DNA from: Podarcis cretensis
Taxonomy: Eukaryota
DNA: 64,000 bases
Reading direction: 5' to 3'
NCBI GenBank assembly: GCA_951804945.1
Contig: OX638157.1
Location: 30,938,001-31,002,000 of the forward strand
In this document: in pieces, positions 12,439 to 24,208 of the stretch
Position numbering within the stretch: the first letter of the stretch is position 1
Layout of the letters: each line of letters opens with the position of its first letter
Notes under the pieces: model-generated
Told to the model about the DNA's origin: nothing
The model's input: the letters and a program-made list of their open reading frames with translations, nothing else
The model's database searches: none
Program-made: the position numbers and the translations under genes

Positions 12439-14537
12439 TTTTTTAATAATTTTTATTGCATTTTTCACAAAAAAGAACAAAAAAGCAAATTTTCACAAAC
12501 ATTACAAAAAGAAAAATTTTCACAAACATTACAAAAGAAAAGAAAACATAGACAAAAAAAAAAGAAGAGAAAAAAGGAGATTTTAACATATAAAAACAAA
12601 AAAAAATCCCTCACTTTCCAATTATAACCTTCAAAACCTTATTTTCCTTACTTCCACCCGCCTCCCGATCTTGTATTCTATTTAATAATTAGTTCAGCAA
12701 GCTCAATCTTTGTTCATTTTGATTCTTGATCCCTCCCTTTGTGCTCTTATTTAACTCAGTCACTAGAACCCCTTCTTTCCTTTTCAATGTCCTCAACATT
12801 CAAAGATTTTACAGTGTTTTTGTAGATAGACTTTAAACTTCTTCCAGTCCTCTTCCACCTGCTCTTCTCCTTGATCTCGAATTCTGCCGGTCATTTCAGC
12901 CAGTTCCATATAGTCTATTACTTGCATCTGCCATTCTTCCAGAGTGGGTAGATCTTGTGTCTTCCAATACTTTGCGATGAGTATTCTTGCTGCTGCTGTA
13001 GCGTACATAAAGAAAGTTCTATCCTTCTTTGGCACCAATTGGCCGACCATGCCCAGAAGAAAGGCCTCTGGTTTCTTCAAGAAGGTATACTTAAATACCT
13101 TTTTCAGTTCATTATAAATCATCTCCCAGAAAGCCTTGATCCTTGGGCACGTCCACCAAAGGTGAAAGAATGTCCCTTCAGTTTCTTTGCATTTCCAACA
13201 TTTATTATCGGGCAAATGGTAGATTTTTGCAAGTTTGACTGGGGTCATGTACCACCTATATATCATTTTCATAATATTCTCTCTTAAGGCATTACATGCC
13301 GTGAATTTCATACCGGTGGTCCACAACTGTTCCCAGTCAACAAACATAATGTTATGACCAACGTCTTGTGCCCATTTTATCATAGCAGATTTTACCGTTT
13401 CATCCTCAGTATTCCACTTCAACAGCAAGTTATACATTCTCGACAATATCTTAGCATTGGGTTCTAACAATTCTGTTTCCAACTTTGATTTTTCCACCTG
13501 GAAACCAATTTTCCTGTCCAAATGATAGGCCTCTCTTATTTGAAAATAATGTAACCAGTCTCGCACCTTATCCTTAAGTTTCTCATAACTTTGCAATTTT
13601 ATTTTATCTCCCTCCTGCTCCAGAATTTCCCAATATTTTGGCCAGTTAGATTCCATATTAAGCTTTTTTAAGGCCTTTGCTTCCATAGGTGAGAGCCACC
13701 TAGGGGTTTTATTTTCCAATAAATCTTTGTATTTCATCCAGACATTAAACAATGCTTTCCTGACAATATGGTTTTTAAATGTCTTGTACACTTTAGCCTT
13801 ACCGTACCACAAGTATGCATGCCACCCAAAAACGTTATCATATCCTTCCAAATCCAAAATATCCGTGTTTTCAAGAAGTAGCCAATCCTTCAACCAGCAA
13901 AAAGCTGCTGCTTCATAATATAACTTGAAGTCCGGCAGGGCAAACCCCCCTCTTTCCTTTGCATCAGTAAGAATTTTGTATTTTATTCTGGGCTTTTTGC
14001 CCTGCCAGACAAATCTAGAAATTTCTTTTTGCCACTTCTCAAAACAGTCCATTTTGTCAATGATTTGTAGCGTCTGAAACAAAAACAACATTCTTGGCAA
14101 TACATTCATTTTGATAACAGCAATTCTACCCAGTAAGGAAAGTTTCAAGTTTGTCCAAATTTCAAGATCTTTTTTCACTTCTGACCAACACTTCTCATAA
14201 TTATCTTTAAATAAATTTACATTCTTCGAAGTCAAGTTCACCCCTAGATATTTCACTTTTTTCACCAATATTAAACCTGTTTCTTCCTGAAACCTTTCCT
14301 TCTCTACTGCTGTCAAATTTTTCTCTAAAACCATAGTTTTTGATTTATTCAATTTAAAACCTGCCACCCGACCAAATTCTTGTATTATTTCCAGTGCTCT
14401 TTTAGAACTAGGGATTGGCTCCTGTAGCGTCAGTACTAGGTCATCTGCATAGGCTTTAAGTTTATAGTGTTTAACTCCGACCTGTATACCCTGAATCTGT
14501 TGGTCCCTTCTAATCATATTCAGCAAGACCTCTAGGA
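12439..14537 (-). mobile_element. 5'-truncated L1-clade LINE, young insertion
   Basis: 17-bp TSD CTAGTATGTGCATTTTT at 12422-12438 and 14538-14554. Poly(A) tail with AATAAA (minus strand, ~12452-12457). 3'UTR ~12445-12792. Target TTTT/GA fits the L1 endonuclease. Confidence 0.93.
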
Positions 14538-14637
14538 CTAGTATGTGCATTTTTGAACACATTGCTTGGTTGGAGAACAGCACTGCAAAATTTGGAGAAA
14601 TACGAATTTCAATAGATGGTTTTGTTTCTGTTCTCAT
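12793..14637 (-). CDS. L1 ORF2p C-terminal part (RT with YADD, thumb and CCHC domain); first ~31 codons come from flanking DNA
   Basis: 614-aa ORF with AYADDL, GFKLNKSKT, KYLGVNL, LSLLGRIAVIKMNVLP, GGFALPDFKLYY and CWKC-x8-H-x4-C. No endonuclease or RT N-terminal motifs. Confidence 0.9.
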   Translation of the reverse strand: MRTETKPSIEIRISPNFAVLFSNQAMCSKMHILVLEVLLNMIRRDQQIQGIQVGVKHYKLKAYADDLVLTLQEPIPSSKRALEIIQEFGRVAGFKLNKSKTMVLEKNLTAVEKERFQEETGLILVKKVKYLGVNLTSKNVNLFKDNYEKCWSEVKKDLEIWTNLKLSLLGRIAVIKMNVLPRMLFLFQTLQIIDKMDCFEKWQKEISRFVWQGKKPRIKYKILTDAKERGGFALPDFKLYYEAAAFCWLKDWLLLENTDILDLEGYDNVFGWHAYLWYGKAKVYKTFKNHIVRKALFNVWMKYKDLLENKTPRWLSPMEAKALKKLNMESNWPKYWEILEQEGDKIKLQSYEKLKDKVRDWLHYFQIREAYHLDRKIGFQVEKSKLETELLEPNAKILSRMYNLLLKWNTEDETVKSAMIKWAQDVGHNIMFVDWEQLWTTGMKFTACNALRENIMKMIYRWYMTPVKLAKIYHLPDNKCWKCKETEGTFFHLWWTCPRIKAFWEMIYNELKKVFKYTFLKKPEAFLLGMVGQLVPKKDRTFFMYATAAARILIAKYWKTQDLPTLEEWQMQVIDYMELAEMTGRIRDQGEEQVEEDWKKFKVYLQKHCKIFEC

Positions 14638-15580
14638 TTTGCATCAGAAAGTGAAAATGAGGTAGGTTTGCCTTTAAATGTGACCTGAATCAAATTTCTC
14701 CCCAGCCCCTATCAGAACAATCCTGTGAGCTAAGTTAGGCAGAGAGAAAGTGATTGTGAGGCCCAAGCTTTTTGGCTAAATGTGAATTTTTTGTGGTTTC
14801 CCTGCCTTGCCTCTCCTTGCCTCTCCTTACTGCTTGATGCACCAGCTCCTGGCAGCCTTGGAAAAAGCCCAATTTGCCCCGGGATTCAGGCCTTGGCCAA
14901 ATCCGGTGCACAACTTTAATAGATCCATGATAGATATGGATTGTGACTAATGTGCTGTGTAAACTACTTCCCAAACGAAAGGTGGGAGTGTACTGAAGCC
15001 AGAGTAAATGGTTGTGTGTACACAGCCTCTGTATTCTTTCCAAAGGTCTTACTTTCCAGATATGATGAAGTCTTTAATGTTTTCCAAAGAAACATGTTTC
15101 TTCAGGTTGATACAGTGAGCAAATTATGATGTCGCCCGCAGTGTTTCTTTTCCAATGTAGCTGCCTATGGGCAAATGTTGGCGGGGTGCACATAAGAGGA
15201 GTAAATAAATAAATATTTACACTCCTCTTACTGTTTGCAGGAATAAGGTGTGGAGTATGTACCTAGCTTTGCCATGACTCCATTGTTTACAGTGAACTCC
15301 ATTGTTTACAATGGAGAACTGATGGAGGCCAAAGGTACAGCCTTGTTTCGCTGGGGGGGGGGCGGATTTGGAGAAACTGTGAAGTCACAAAACATGCATT
15401 TTGTGGTATAATACTATGACATGCCCCTCACTTCTCCACATGCTTTCCAGGAACCCAAGATTACTGCCACCAGGTTTAGTTTCCCCTGGATAAGAGAGAG
15501 CTGGAAGCCTATCCTGTCTTTGCAATTTTTCTTTCATTTACAAATATACAGTCAGAGCCTACTGGAGGTAAGTAGATCCC

Positions 15581-15615
<35 letters not shown>
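15581..15615. repeat. (AAT)n microsatellite
   Basis: Perfect trinucleotide run. Confidence 0.95.
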
Positions 15616-16715
15616 GTTAATAAAATAGGCAGCAAACCAACAGGTTGTGTTTGTGGTTCTCAAAACAACAGCATAGATCTTTAGGGGGGCACCCTCAAGT
15701 CCATTTGCTTCCAGTCAAGCTAAACTCCTCTTTCTCCCCACAGTCTCATTTCATGCCTCTTTATGTTCACCTTATATGATCGATAATATTCTAAAGATTA
15801 TGGTCATCTAGAAACATTGGCCAAAACTGGCTAGAGGTAAAAGTAGACAGCATCAAGGATGTGACTCTTGTGTTTGTATAGTGGCATACATTTCAACCAC
15901 ACAAAACTCAGGGGTTTCTCTGCATATCTTCCTCTACCACCATCCTCCGTCCAAGCAAGGAAGAAGCATTATCACAGTTCAAGGACATATTCCAGCCAGG
16001 CAAGAATACTTCAGGGTGTACAACAAGTCCACTGATGAGTGTGACCTGGAAGGAGACATGTGGGGCACATTTGGCCCCCAGGCCTCAGATTCTCCACCCT
16101 ATAGTCCCTTTTAACATATCTGTGTGCGCATGTAAGTGATATAATTCCTTTTTAAAGCAACGCAATAACAAAGGCCCCAAAACATAAAACTACCTCATCA
16201 CAATGTTATTGAAATTAAACCATTTGTTGTTGAAGATTCAGAAATATCAATCTTTTCCACCCTTACTAAATACAACTCATGCATGGGAAATCAATTATTC
16301 AGCCACATGGCTAAATTAATCACAGAAGCGAGCAGTCAAAAGCAGTGTTTGCTATAGCGTACGATATAATGTTACACAATTACCCAGGTGTACCACAGTG
16401 GCTTTTCACTCAACACCTCTGCGTATTACCCAGACACTGCCAGACACAGGATGCTAAACTAGATGAACGGGTTGATATGGCACCTCCATTGTTAACTGGA
16501 TGTTTGGAAATTAAAACTCTTCATAGAAGTGCACGCCTTAAAAACCTAACATGAACCGCACATCTTAAAAGCTAGTACCATTCAGTGTTAGTTGTTTGTA
16601 AGTATTTTAACAAAAGAATGCCCTCAGAATGCATGAAACTACTGTTTAGTCACTTGAACACAACTGAAAAGCAAAGTATAGGGAAGCATAATGATTAAAT
16701 CTGTTGAAGCAATTA

Positions 16716-16905
16716 GAAAGGTCTGCAGCTTGGTGGTAGAGTGTGTGCTCCACACACAAAAGGTCCCGTATCCAGACTTTGACATTTCTAGCTGAGAGTT
16801 GGAAATCTCTCTCTCTGAAACCCTGGAGAACTGCTACCATTCAGTGTAGGCAAAACTAAGTTAGATAGATTGTTAATCTGACTTGGTTGAAGGAAGGTCT
16901 TCTAG
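16716..16905 (+). mobile_element. tRNA-derived SINE with CR1-like tail (squamate family), diverged
   Basis: A-box-like AGCTTGGTGGTAGAG and body CTGAAACCCTGGAGAACTGCTACCATTCAGTGTAG, shared with copies at 19965, 25970, 32951 and 56430. Confidence 0.65.
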
Positions 16906-19371
16906 ATACTGACAAATGTGCACACAAGCCTTTGGAATGGAATGATGCTAAATAAATTTATGAAATTGTGCTTTTGCAAATAAACAATTTGATCCCCAAT
17001 GGAGCCATGTGACTGGAAAAGAGAACTTCATGGGGGGGGGGGAGATGCAAAAAAGGGAACAAAGAACAAAACATCCACAGACATTTGCTTGCTTTCCTCT
17101 TCAGTTTCCAGAGTTTACAGCTATACAAGAACTTACTTGGGATGTAGGATGTGGGAAGGGATGTAATTTAAAGCTATTATACTTAGTGAAACAGTGCTTA
17201 GTGAGAACTGCAGGATTTAAAAATACTACTGTTTTTGTTGATGCTGTTGTCGTCATCAACATTGGCTTTGTTCACGTAATTTATCTAACGCATATCAATA
17301 CTTCTAAATGAAATGTTTGCATTTCTATGAAAATCTTTGCCCAGGCATTCAAAGATGAAAGCAGTGAGACTTACTGCAACTAAATAAAGTTCTCCCCGCC
17401 CTTTCCCCCCTTATTGCATGGGGACAATCTATACAGGCTTCCATGCCACAGTAGTCAGTATTGTGCGTGGGCATGAATAGCCACAGCTTGAATTTGCAGG
17501 ATGCCAAAGGCTGTGAAAAAATATACCTTTCCCAAAGGAATTTAAACAAGTGTGACTGAATGAAAAGCTTAAGAATTTGCCTTTCACAAGACTTCCTGTC
17601 CAGTGTCCAAAAGGTTTCCTGCCTGCTTTGCATTCAGACATATAAATCCAGTCTAGCTGAATTCAAGGTATATAAAATGCAGGCAGTTCTCCTGTTATGG
17701 GTAGGATCTCTTGGCGGATATAAACTGTCACAATCAATCAAAGTCTAGTGAAAAGGCTGCATTCCAGGTGGCATGCATAAGTTTGGTTGGAATCCCAATC
17801 TTTCTAGTACTGGGACTTTATACGTGAGAATCACTTCTTGCATTAAAAGCAATTGTGCATGGGAAGAACAATGCGACTACTTGAAAGGCATAGGATTCTG
17901 CAGATGAAGTAAATGCAAATGTGAAGGGACAGATCTATAGCAAGTGTCTATAAATTTCCTTCCATGGAATGAATGGTAACATGGTGACTAAAATGATTGA
18001 AGCATGCACTAAATGATTTAGACATCATCGTTGTCTTACGATATTCTGTTTCATGTTTATTTTCTAGGGAAAAGGGGGAAAAAACTTGGAAAAAGGCCAA
18101 GGGATAATTCAGCAAGTTACTTAACTAATGAGCACAATGGCATGGTCAAGAACGTACAAATTTCATTGATTTTGGTGAGAGAAAATAAGCTTGTACTTAT
18201 TTGCTTTACTTAAGTAGAAATCTAGCATGTGAAGGAAATGACTAGACTACAACCCTTGACTCTAATATGCTAGCTTTCTATGATCACATCATGGCAATCC
18301 ACCGTATAAAAGTTGACCTAAGCCATAAGTCCTTTTGCACATGTTTGGCATGTATGGTTCCAACACATGGCAGAGGAGTTTGCTGCCCTTGCCCTGACTT
18401 CTGTAGCCCTATTCAGGCATCTCTAACAGCGCTCTAACAGCGCTTAAATGAACCCACAAGGACAGGAAAGATGTGTGAATGTGCTAGCTCAGACCCTTAC
18501 CCAACTTAAAGGATGATGGTCTGCAGCGGGGAAGCTTCATGTAGTTGTGGAGGTACTTGCACATTTTGGAACCCTGCTTTTTCATGCAAAATAAGTGCAT
18601 GGCCCTGCCTACCCCACAATCCAATATCATTGCTGTTTTCTAAAGTCATTTCACCATATTTGACTAAAGGATTAAGAACAGCCCCACTGGATGTCTATGG
18701 GAGGCCCCAAGAAGCAGAACAACACCACTCTTTCTCATTTGCAGATATCCAGAAAAAACCCTCAGTCCTGTTTCTCTCACTTTCTGCTATTTGCACATGC
18801 TAGAAGACTTGTATGTGGGAACTGCCATTAATTTGCTGGTGACACACAAATCCTGTACATAGTAATTACTTTTCTGAGCCTTCTGTGGTTGTTGTTTTTT
18901 TTTTTTAAAAAAAAGCTAAAATGCTTGGGCAATTTTTCAGTTTATTTACTTACTTATTTAGTTGCAGCATTTATGTTGGCAGCCCAATAACATCATTCTC
19001 TGAGTGACTCACAAATACAACAGAGACATGGACTGAGGACAAATGCAATCCAGAAGACAGAATGTTGGACCTGGAGATGAATTGAATGCTTGCCCAGCCA
19101 GGAAATCACAAAGCAGCATTCGGCATGTCACTCTTTCACCTTGCCATTAAGAATTTCCACTTTGTGGGTTTGTTTAGTTTAGAACAGGGATGGGAAGACT
19201 GTGACCCTCCAAATGCTATCAGCCTCAGACAGCATGCTCAGTGTCCAACAATATCTGTGGTATGTGGCAGGGCAAGGGAGACAAATTCCCTACCCTTAGG
19301 TTAGACTAACTGTTTATTCTTTTTGTGAGAGTGAGACTGATACAGAAGGAAACTTTTAAGCTTTTAAATCT

Positions 19372-19395
19372 AATCAATCAATCAATCAATCAATT
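19372..19395. repeat. (AATC)n microsatellite
   Basis: Tetranucleotide run. Confidence 0.85.
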
Positions 19396-19526
19396 AAGGA
19401 ATTTTCACACCAAGCACACTTCCAAGCAATAAAATACGATATACTTGCATATTATCAGGCCCCATTGAGAACTTAAAATTTTCCATTGATTCTCCTTTAA
19501 TGAACTGATTCTATTTGAGCAGTGCT

Positions 19527-19714
19527 GTTGTTGTTTTTGTTTAGTTGTTTAGTCGTGTCGGACTCTTTGTGACCCCATGGACCAGAGCACGCTAGGCACT
19601 CCTGTCTTCCACTGCCTCCCGCAGCTTGGTCAAGCTCATGTTGGTAGCTTCGAGAACACTGTCCAACCATCTCGTCCCCTGTCGTCCCCTTCTCTTTGTG
19701 CTCTCAAACTTCCC
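19527..19714 (-). mobile_element. RTE-BovB LINE 3' fragment
   Basis: Encodes LGKFESTKRRGRQGTRWLDSVLEATNMSLTKLREAVEDRSA, then the BovB 3'UTR and (CAA)n tail. Candidate TSD CAGTGCT at 19520-19526 and 19715-19721. Confidence 0.9.
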
Positions 19715-19964
19715 CAGTGCTAGGTGAGTCTTTTTAGCTTGGATGGTCTTAGTGCTGAGCTGAAACATTTTTACCTCCAGCAGCTGCAAACAGCTCCCCA
19801 TATCCCACAAGTTTTGCATCCAGTCAGGGGGGAAGGGGAACATGCTCCCTTTACAAGATGCACCTTTATGTTGGGATGCACACTGCAGAGGAATGTCAAC
19901 CTGATTTAGGAATGTATTTGGATTGACATCTGGATACACATCCAAATGCAGGTGCCATTGCAGA

Positions 19965-20148
19965 CACAGGAAGGCAAGAAGCTGCCTTATACCAGATGAA
20001 TCCGTTGGTCCACTGAGCTCGGTGTTGTCTACACTGATTGACAGTAACTCTCTAGTGTTTCCAGTCCTACTGGCAACTGCTGGAGATTGAAATTGGGACC
20101 ATCTGCATGCAAAACAAATGCTGTACCACTGAGCTACTGCTCTTCCCC
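19965..20148 (-). mobile_element. tRNA-derived SINE with CR1-like tail
   Basis: Reverse strand gives GTAGCTCAGTGGTACAGCA...GGTCCCAATTTCAATCTCC head and GGTATAAGGCAGCTTC tail. Confidence 0.75.
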
Positions 20149-20292
20149 TGCATTGAACCACCATCATATCACATATTTGGATTTGCATCCATAGAGAACA
20201 TTGGCCCCAGGGCCGTCTTTAGCATATGCTCCACCGCAGTGCAAAGATACGCCTAGCGCCCCCAAATTTAGTTTAGCTGCCCCCAGATGAGA

Positions 20293-20444
20293 GTAGGATT
20301 GCCATATGTCTGGAATTTCCCAGACATAGGCTGCATCCGGTTCTCGAATGGCAGCCCATGTCAGTAGTGTAGAAATCTCGATTTTCTTTTGAGATTTCAC
20401 AAAAAAGCTCAACACTTTTCACTTTTTGAAATATGGCAGCCCTA
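20293..20444. mobile_element. Short hAT-like MITE
   Basis: Imperfect TIRs TAGGATTGCCATAT / ATATGGCAGCCCTA. Confidence 0.5.
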
Positions 20445-22129
20445 GATGGGAGTCCAGTAGCATCTGAAGGACCACAAGTTTCCCATTCTTGACCTATATT
20501 ATTGCAAGCACCAGAAACAATTGCTGCACATGGGTATGGAAAGATGTGCAAAAGAGTGAAAGGTGAAAGTGGGCTTGTGAGTATTTTTGTAGCCCCTGAA
20601 ATGATTACCTTTAGAGAAAATCAAATGTCACATAAATGTAGAACCCAGATTTTACTCTCAGTAGCCAATTGCTATATTCATAGTTCCCTGCCATTATCTT
20701 CTGGCACCTTTTGAAATTACGAAAGCTACTGGCATCCTTTCTTATTATGAGGAAAGGTTTACATCCACTTTTCCCTTCTACTGCGAGAAAAAGAAAGAAT
20801 GAACTGAAATTATAATGTACTCTCATGCAATTTGGCTCTTAAAACTGTTCACTTTATCCTATGGGGGCATCATGCTAAGTACTTTCAAAAATCGAACGGG
20901 ATATGTTATAGCTCAGAGCCCAACATTTAATGATTATTCATTCAACCAAAGAAACACTTTCCTAAAAATCCTGTCTGAGGTAGTTTGTAACCAAGACTCT
21001 GGTCATCTGGAAAATCGCTAATGGAGAAATGGACAGGTATAGGGAGAATCTGTTTTCTTACCCTTCCTTGCATTACTTAATTTCAAGGGATTTTATTCCA
21101 CAGCCTTTTCTTTCCAGCTTGTTAATGCTTTGCATTTTGGAATGTGATCTTGATGGTTATTTATGCTCTATCTCTCTCTCCCCCCCCCCCCAGTTATGCA
21201 TTAAGCATCTGGAATCCATATGGAATCTTTACTTTTTTAATTTAGTGGAGGCATCTTCAGATAAGAACAGGGAAGGGAATTGGGCTGACTGCAGGACCAG
21301 GAAGCGTCAATTGGCAGTCCTGGAAAAAGGACAAGAAACTCATTTTGCTTGTCCTCAGGGACCTAAGAATCTAGTCTCCTCAGCCACCTGGGTTTTTAAG
21401 CATTATTCTTGGCCTAGGCCCTCAGTTTTAGAATGGTAAGGGACTTAAAGTTGCTCCTCTTCCATCCTTGGAGTCTGAAGTCTATCTGCTATTACAAGAG
21501 AACACAAAGCTTGGGGGCAGGATATTATAAGCTTTCAAAACAACAACAACACCTCAATTGAGGCATCTAATCATAAGCCTGCATTTTTATCAAAGCTTAT
21601 ATTTTTGATCAGGGCCTGTATATTAAGATGAGCTTAAAGATTTTCAAATGTTTCATGCCAGGCAGAAGAGCAGCTGCCTAAGAACCTTGGCAATGTTTAT
21701 TCTCCTGGACAAGGGGGCCCCCTGATTTATAGCAGAAAACAATTCTCAAAGTCGTAAAAAGGGAATTACAGGCTGAGAGCGAGGACACTGACCTTGCATG
21801 TTGCAAAGTACAATTAAGCTGTAAGAGTGGTTAAATTAAGAGTTGGTAAATAGTAAAATAAAACCATGTGCCTCCCATTAAACTTGAGCCATATTTTCCT
21901 AAAGTTGAAAGGTCAAGAGCAGTGAAAAAGGCAACTGGCTTGGCTGGAGAAGATAGGTTTCTTCCTATCTTATTCTGAGGCTGGAAACTGTTCCTTCCTT
22001 TTTTACTTTGAGAAGGTTTATTCTTTTAAAAGGTTATTTATGTTATGTATTAAATATATTGGCTTAAATGTAATTATGCAAAGGATTTAGAAACTAAGAA
22101 ATGTTAAATCCTTATGCTAGATTCTTATT

Positions 22130-22252
22130 TCATATAGTTGAAAGAGATCACAGGGGCCATCAGCCCAGCCCCCCTGCCAAGCAGGAAACATCATTAGAGC
22201 ACACATATGGTTGTCAGGCCTTTGTTTAGAGACCTCCAAAAGAAGGAGATCT
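22130..22252 (-). mobile_element. CR1 LINE 3' fragment
   Basis: AGTTGAAAGAGATCACAGGGGCCATC...CCCCTGCCAAGCAGGA...ACCTCCAAAAGAAGGAGA resembles the reverse of the CR1 tail at 37740-37896. Confidence 0.6.
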
Positions 22253-22388
22253 TTCAATGATGATGTGAACTCAAGATCCTTGACATCTGTTTAAGATAAA
22301 AAATTAAGATTAACCATTTGTTTTGGAGGGCAATAGGGCAAGGAGGGCAAGAGGTGAGCTGGTAATTAAGGTTCCTTGTTGAGACACA

Positions 22389-22745
22389 TGTAAGATATAT
22401 TACTACTTATTTGTCATTTATAGATAGAAGAATATATAGCTTTTTGTTTCCCATAAAAGGGCAAAAGGAAATGGGTGTATCTTTTGTGATTGGTTCTAGC
22501 AAACAGCCAATAGGAATTTCAACCAGGCTGATTGGACAGAGGCAGCCACAGGAGGAGCAAGGGGGCTGGATTAAGGAAATATAAGTGCTGGCCAGATTGG
22601 CAGGAGGCCAGTCCAGAGCTTGGTAACCATATACCACTGTGCCTCTCATTTATTTGTCTGACAAATAAATTATTATTTTAATTTCTCTATTGCTGCGTTG
22701 AATATTTCATTCCAGCTAAGCGTTAACCACAAGCAGGGTGCTACA
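22389..22745 (+). mobile_element. Candidate solo LTR (Gypsy/ERV-like)
   Basis: Ends TGTAAG...GCTACA. CCAAT/ATTGG boxes, then TATA-like AATATAA (~22578), then AATAAA (~22663), in LTR order. No clear TSD. Confidence 0.5.
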
Positions 22746-24121
22746 CAATAAAGATACCACTCCTCCACAAAAAGGTTAATGACACAAGGAAATAACAGGG
22801 GTATCCTGGAAGATTATAGACAGCGGCTATGAGAGTTGAATTCATTTAAAGTAGGCTAGGTGTTCCCTTACCATCTCTTTTCCTATCTTGGGCTGCAGTT
22901 CCCTCCTTGCATCAGTTATTCTGTTATCATCAGGTTGTGCACTGCCTTTCTTTTGGGTGAAGACAGAGGCAAAGTAGGTGTCGAGTAGTTCCGCCTTTTC
23001 TCTTCTCATCCAATAGCATTTCTCTATCTTCTCAATATTAGGCTGAGAGACTATGAATGGCCCAAGGTCATTCAGAGAGCATCATGCTGGAGTAGGAATT
23101 TGAACCCTGGCTTCCTAGTTCCTAATCCAACAGCCTCACCACTACACTGGATCTTTAATAACACATACACAGAATAATTGTATTTTCTGAAGTATATCAT
23201 GGACATGTTTGTACAGCAGAAGGAGGGCATTTTAGTCAATATGGTACATTTTTGTTTTCTTGCAACTTCCAAAGTCAATTCTACATACAAGTTACCCATT
23301 CAGATCCCTGTTTAAGTACCTTTTTCAGTGAGAGTGAATAAGAGAAGAGCTATACTCTCAGACTGTTATGGTTTCTTCCTTTCACAAATTTAAATGAATT
23401 TCAGATTCCAGCTCAGTATCAAGCAAGTGTATGAGTGTGTTCCACATCTTCCTGAAACTGGCAAAATAAATTTGCTGTTGAAACTGATGAGAAAAAAAAA
23501 TGGGCCTGACAGACTGAATCTGGGCATCCTTTCCTGGCTTTCCCCTTGCCAAATCATGATCACTGAAAAAGCAATTCCTTCCCTCCTTGAATAAATGCCA
23601 TAGAGCTGTTCCAACAAGAACAGCCACATAGACCACAGAAGAGGAGGAGTGCTTATGTTCAATAGCTTAGAACTTGTGTGCCTTAGAAAACAATGCATGC
23701 TGAAGAAAATTAGCTGATAGAACAAATAACAATACTTCATGGAACTGGGGACATGGATATTCATCATGTGATAATTATAATATCCATTGATGGCTGGCAT
23801 GTGTGAATGTGCAATTACAAATAAAACAGCACCGACAGAATATTCACATCATCTCAGTTGTTTCCAGTGGGTCAGTTCATATATTTAGCTTCCAGTTCTC
23901 TATTTACAGTGATTAAATGTAGACAGTTCAAGTGATGTACATGCATGTGTGTAATACTCCTAGTCTACATCTGTTTGTGAGGAGCTTTCTACATTCTGCA
24001 AAAGAGGGTGGAAGAAAGAGTGAAAGTGAAATGATATGTATTTACCCTTGGAGATGTACAGATCACCTCCCGTAGGGAGGTGGTGTCCTGCCTGTATATG
24101 GAGCATGTGCTATTGGCCTTA

Positions 24122-24208
24122 GAATGCAATCTTAACTCCATTTACCTTGGAGTAAGCCCCAACGAATTCATTGGGACTTCCAAGGAGACATGGTGACACT
24201 TGCAATGG
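24122..24208. repeat. Short palindromic interspersed repeat
   Basis: TGCAATCTT...GGAGTAAGCCCC...GGGACTT...TTGCA; same family as 39933-40175. Confidence 0.55.

Larger units (their letters stand above)
12140..14711 (+). mobile_element. Non-autonomous hAT-Ac-like element split by the L1 insertion (parts ~12140-12438 and 14538-14711)
   Basis: The two parts join into a sequence collinear with 46925-47337. Right end TCTCCCCAGCCCCTA resembles a TAGGGATG-type TIR. Left boundary is approximate. Confidence 0.6.

Noticed and set aside
12487-12543. Duplicated AAATTTTCACAAACATTACAAAA unit
   Set aside because: Simple tandem duplication in the L1 3'UTR; not a CRISPR-like or otherwise spaced array.
19592-20188. 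198-aa ORF
   Set aside because: Chance read-through across a SINE, unique DNA and the BovB fragment.
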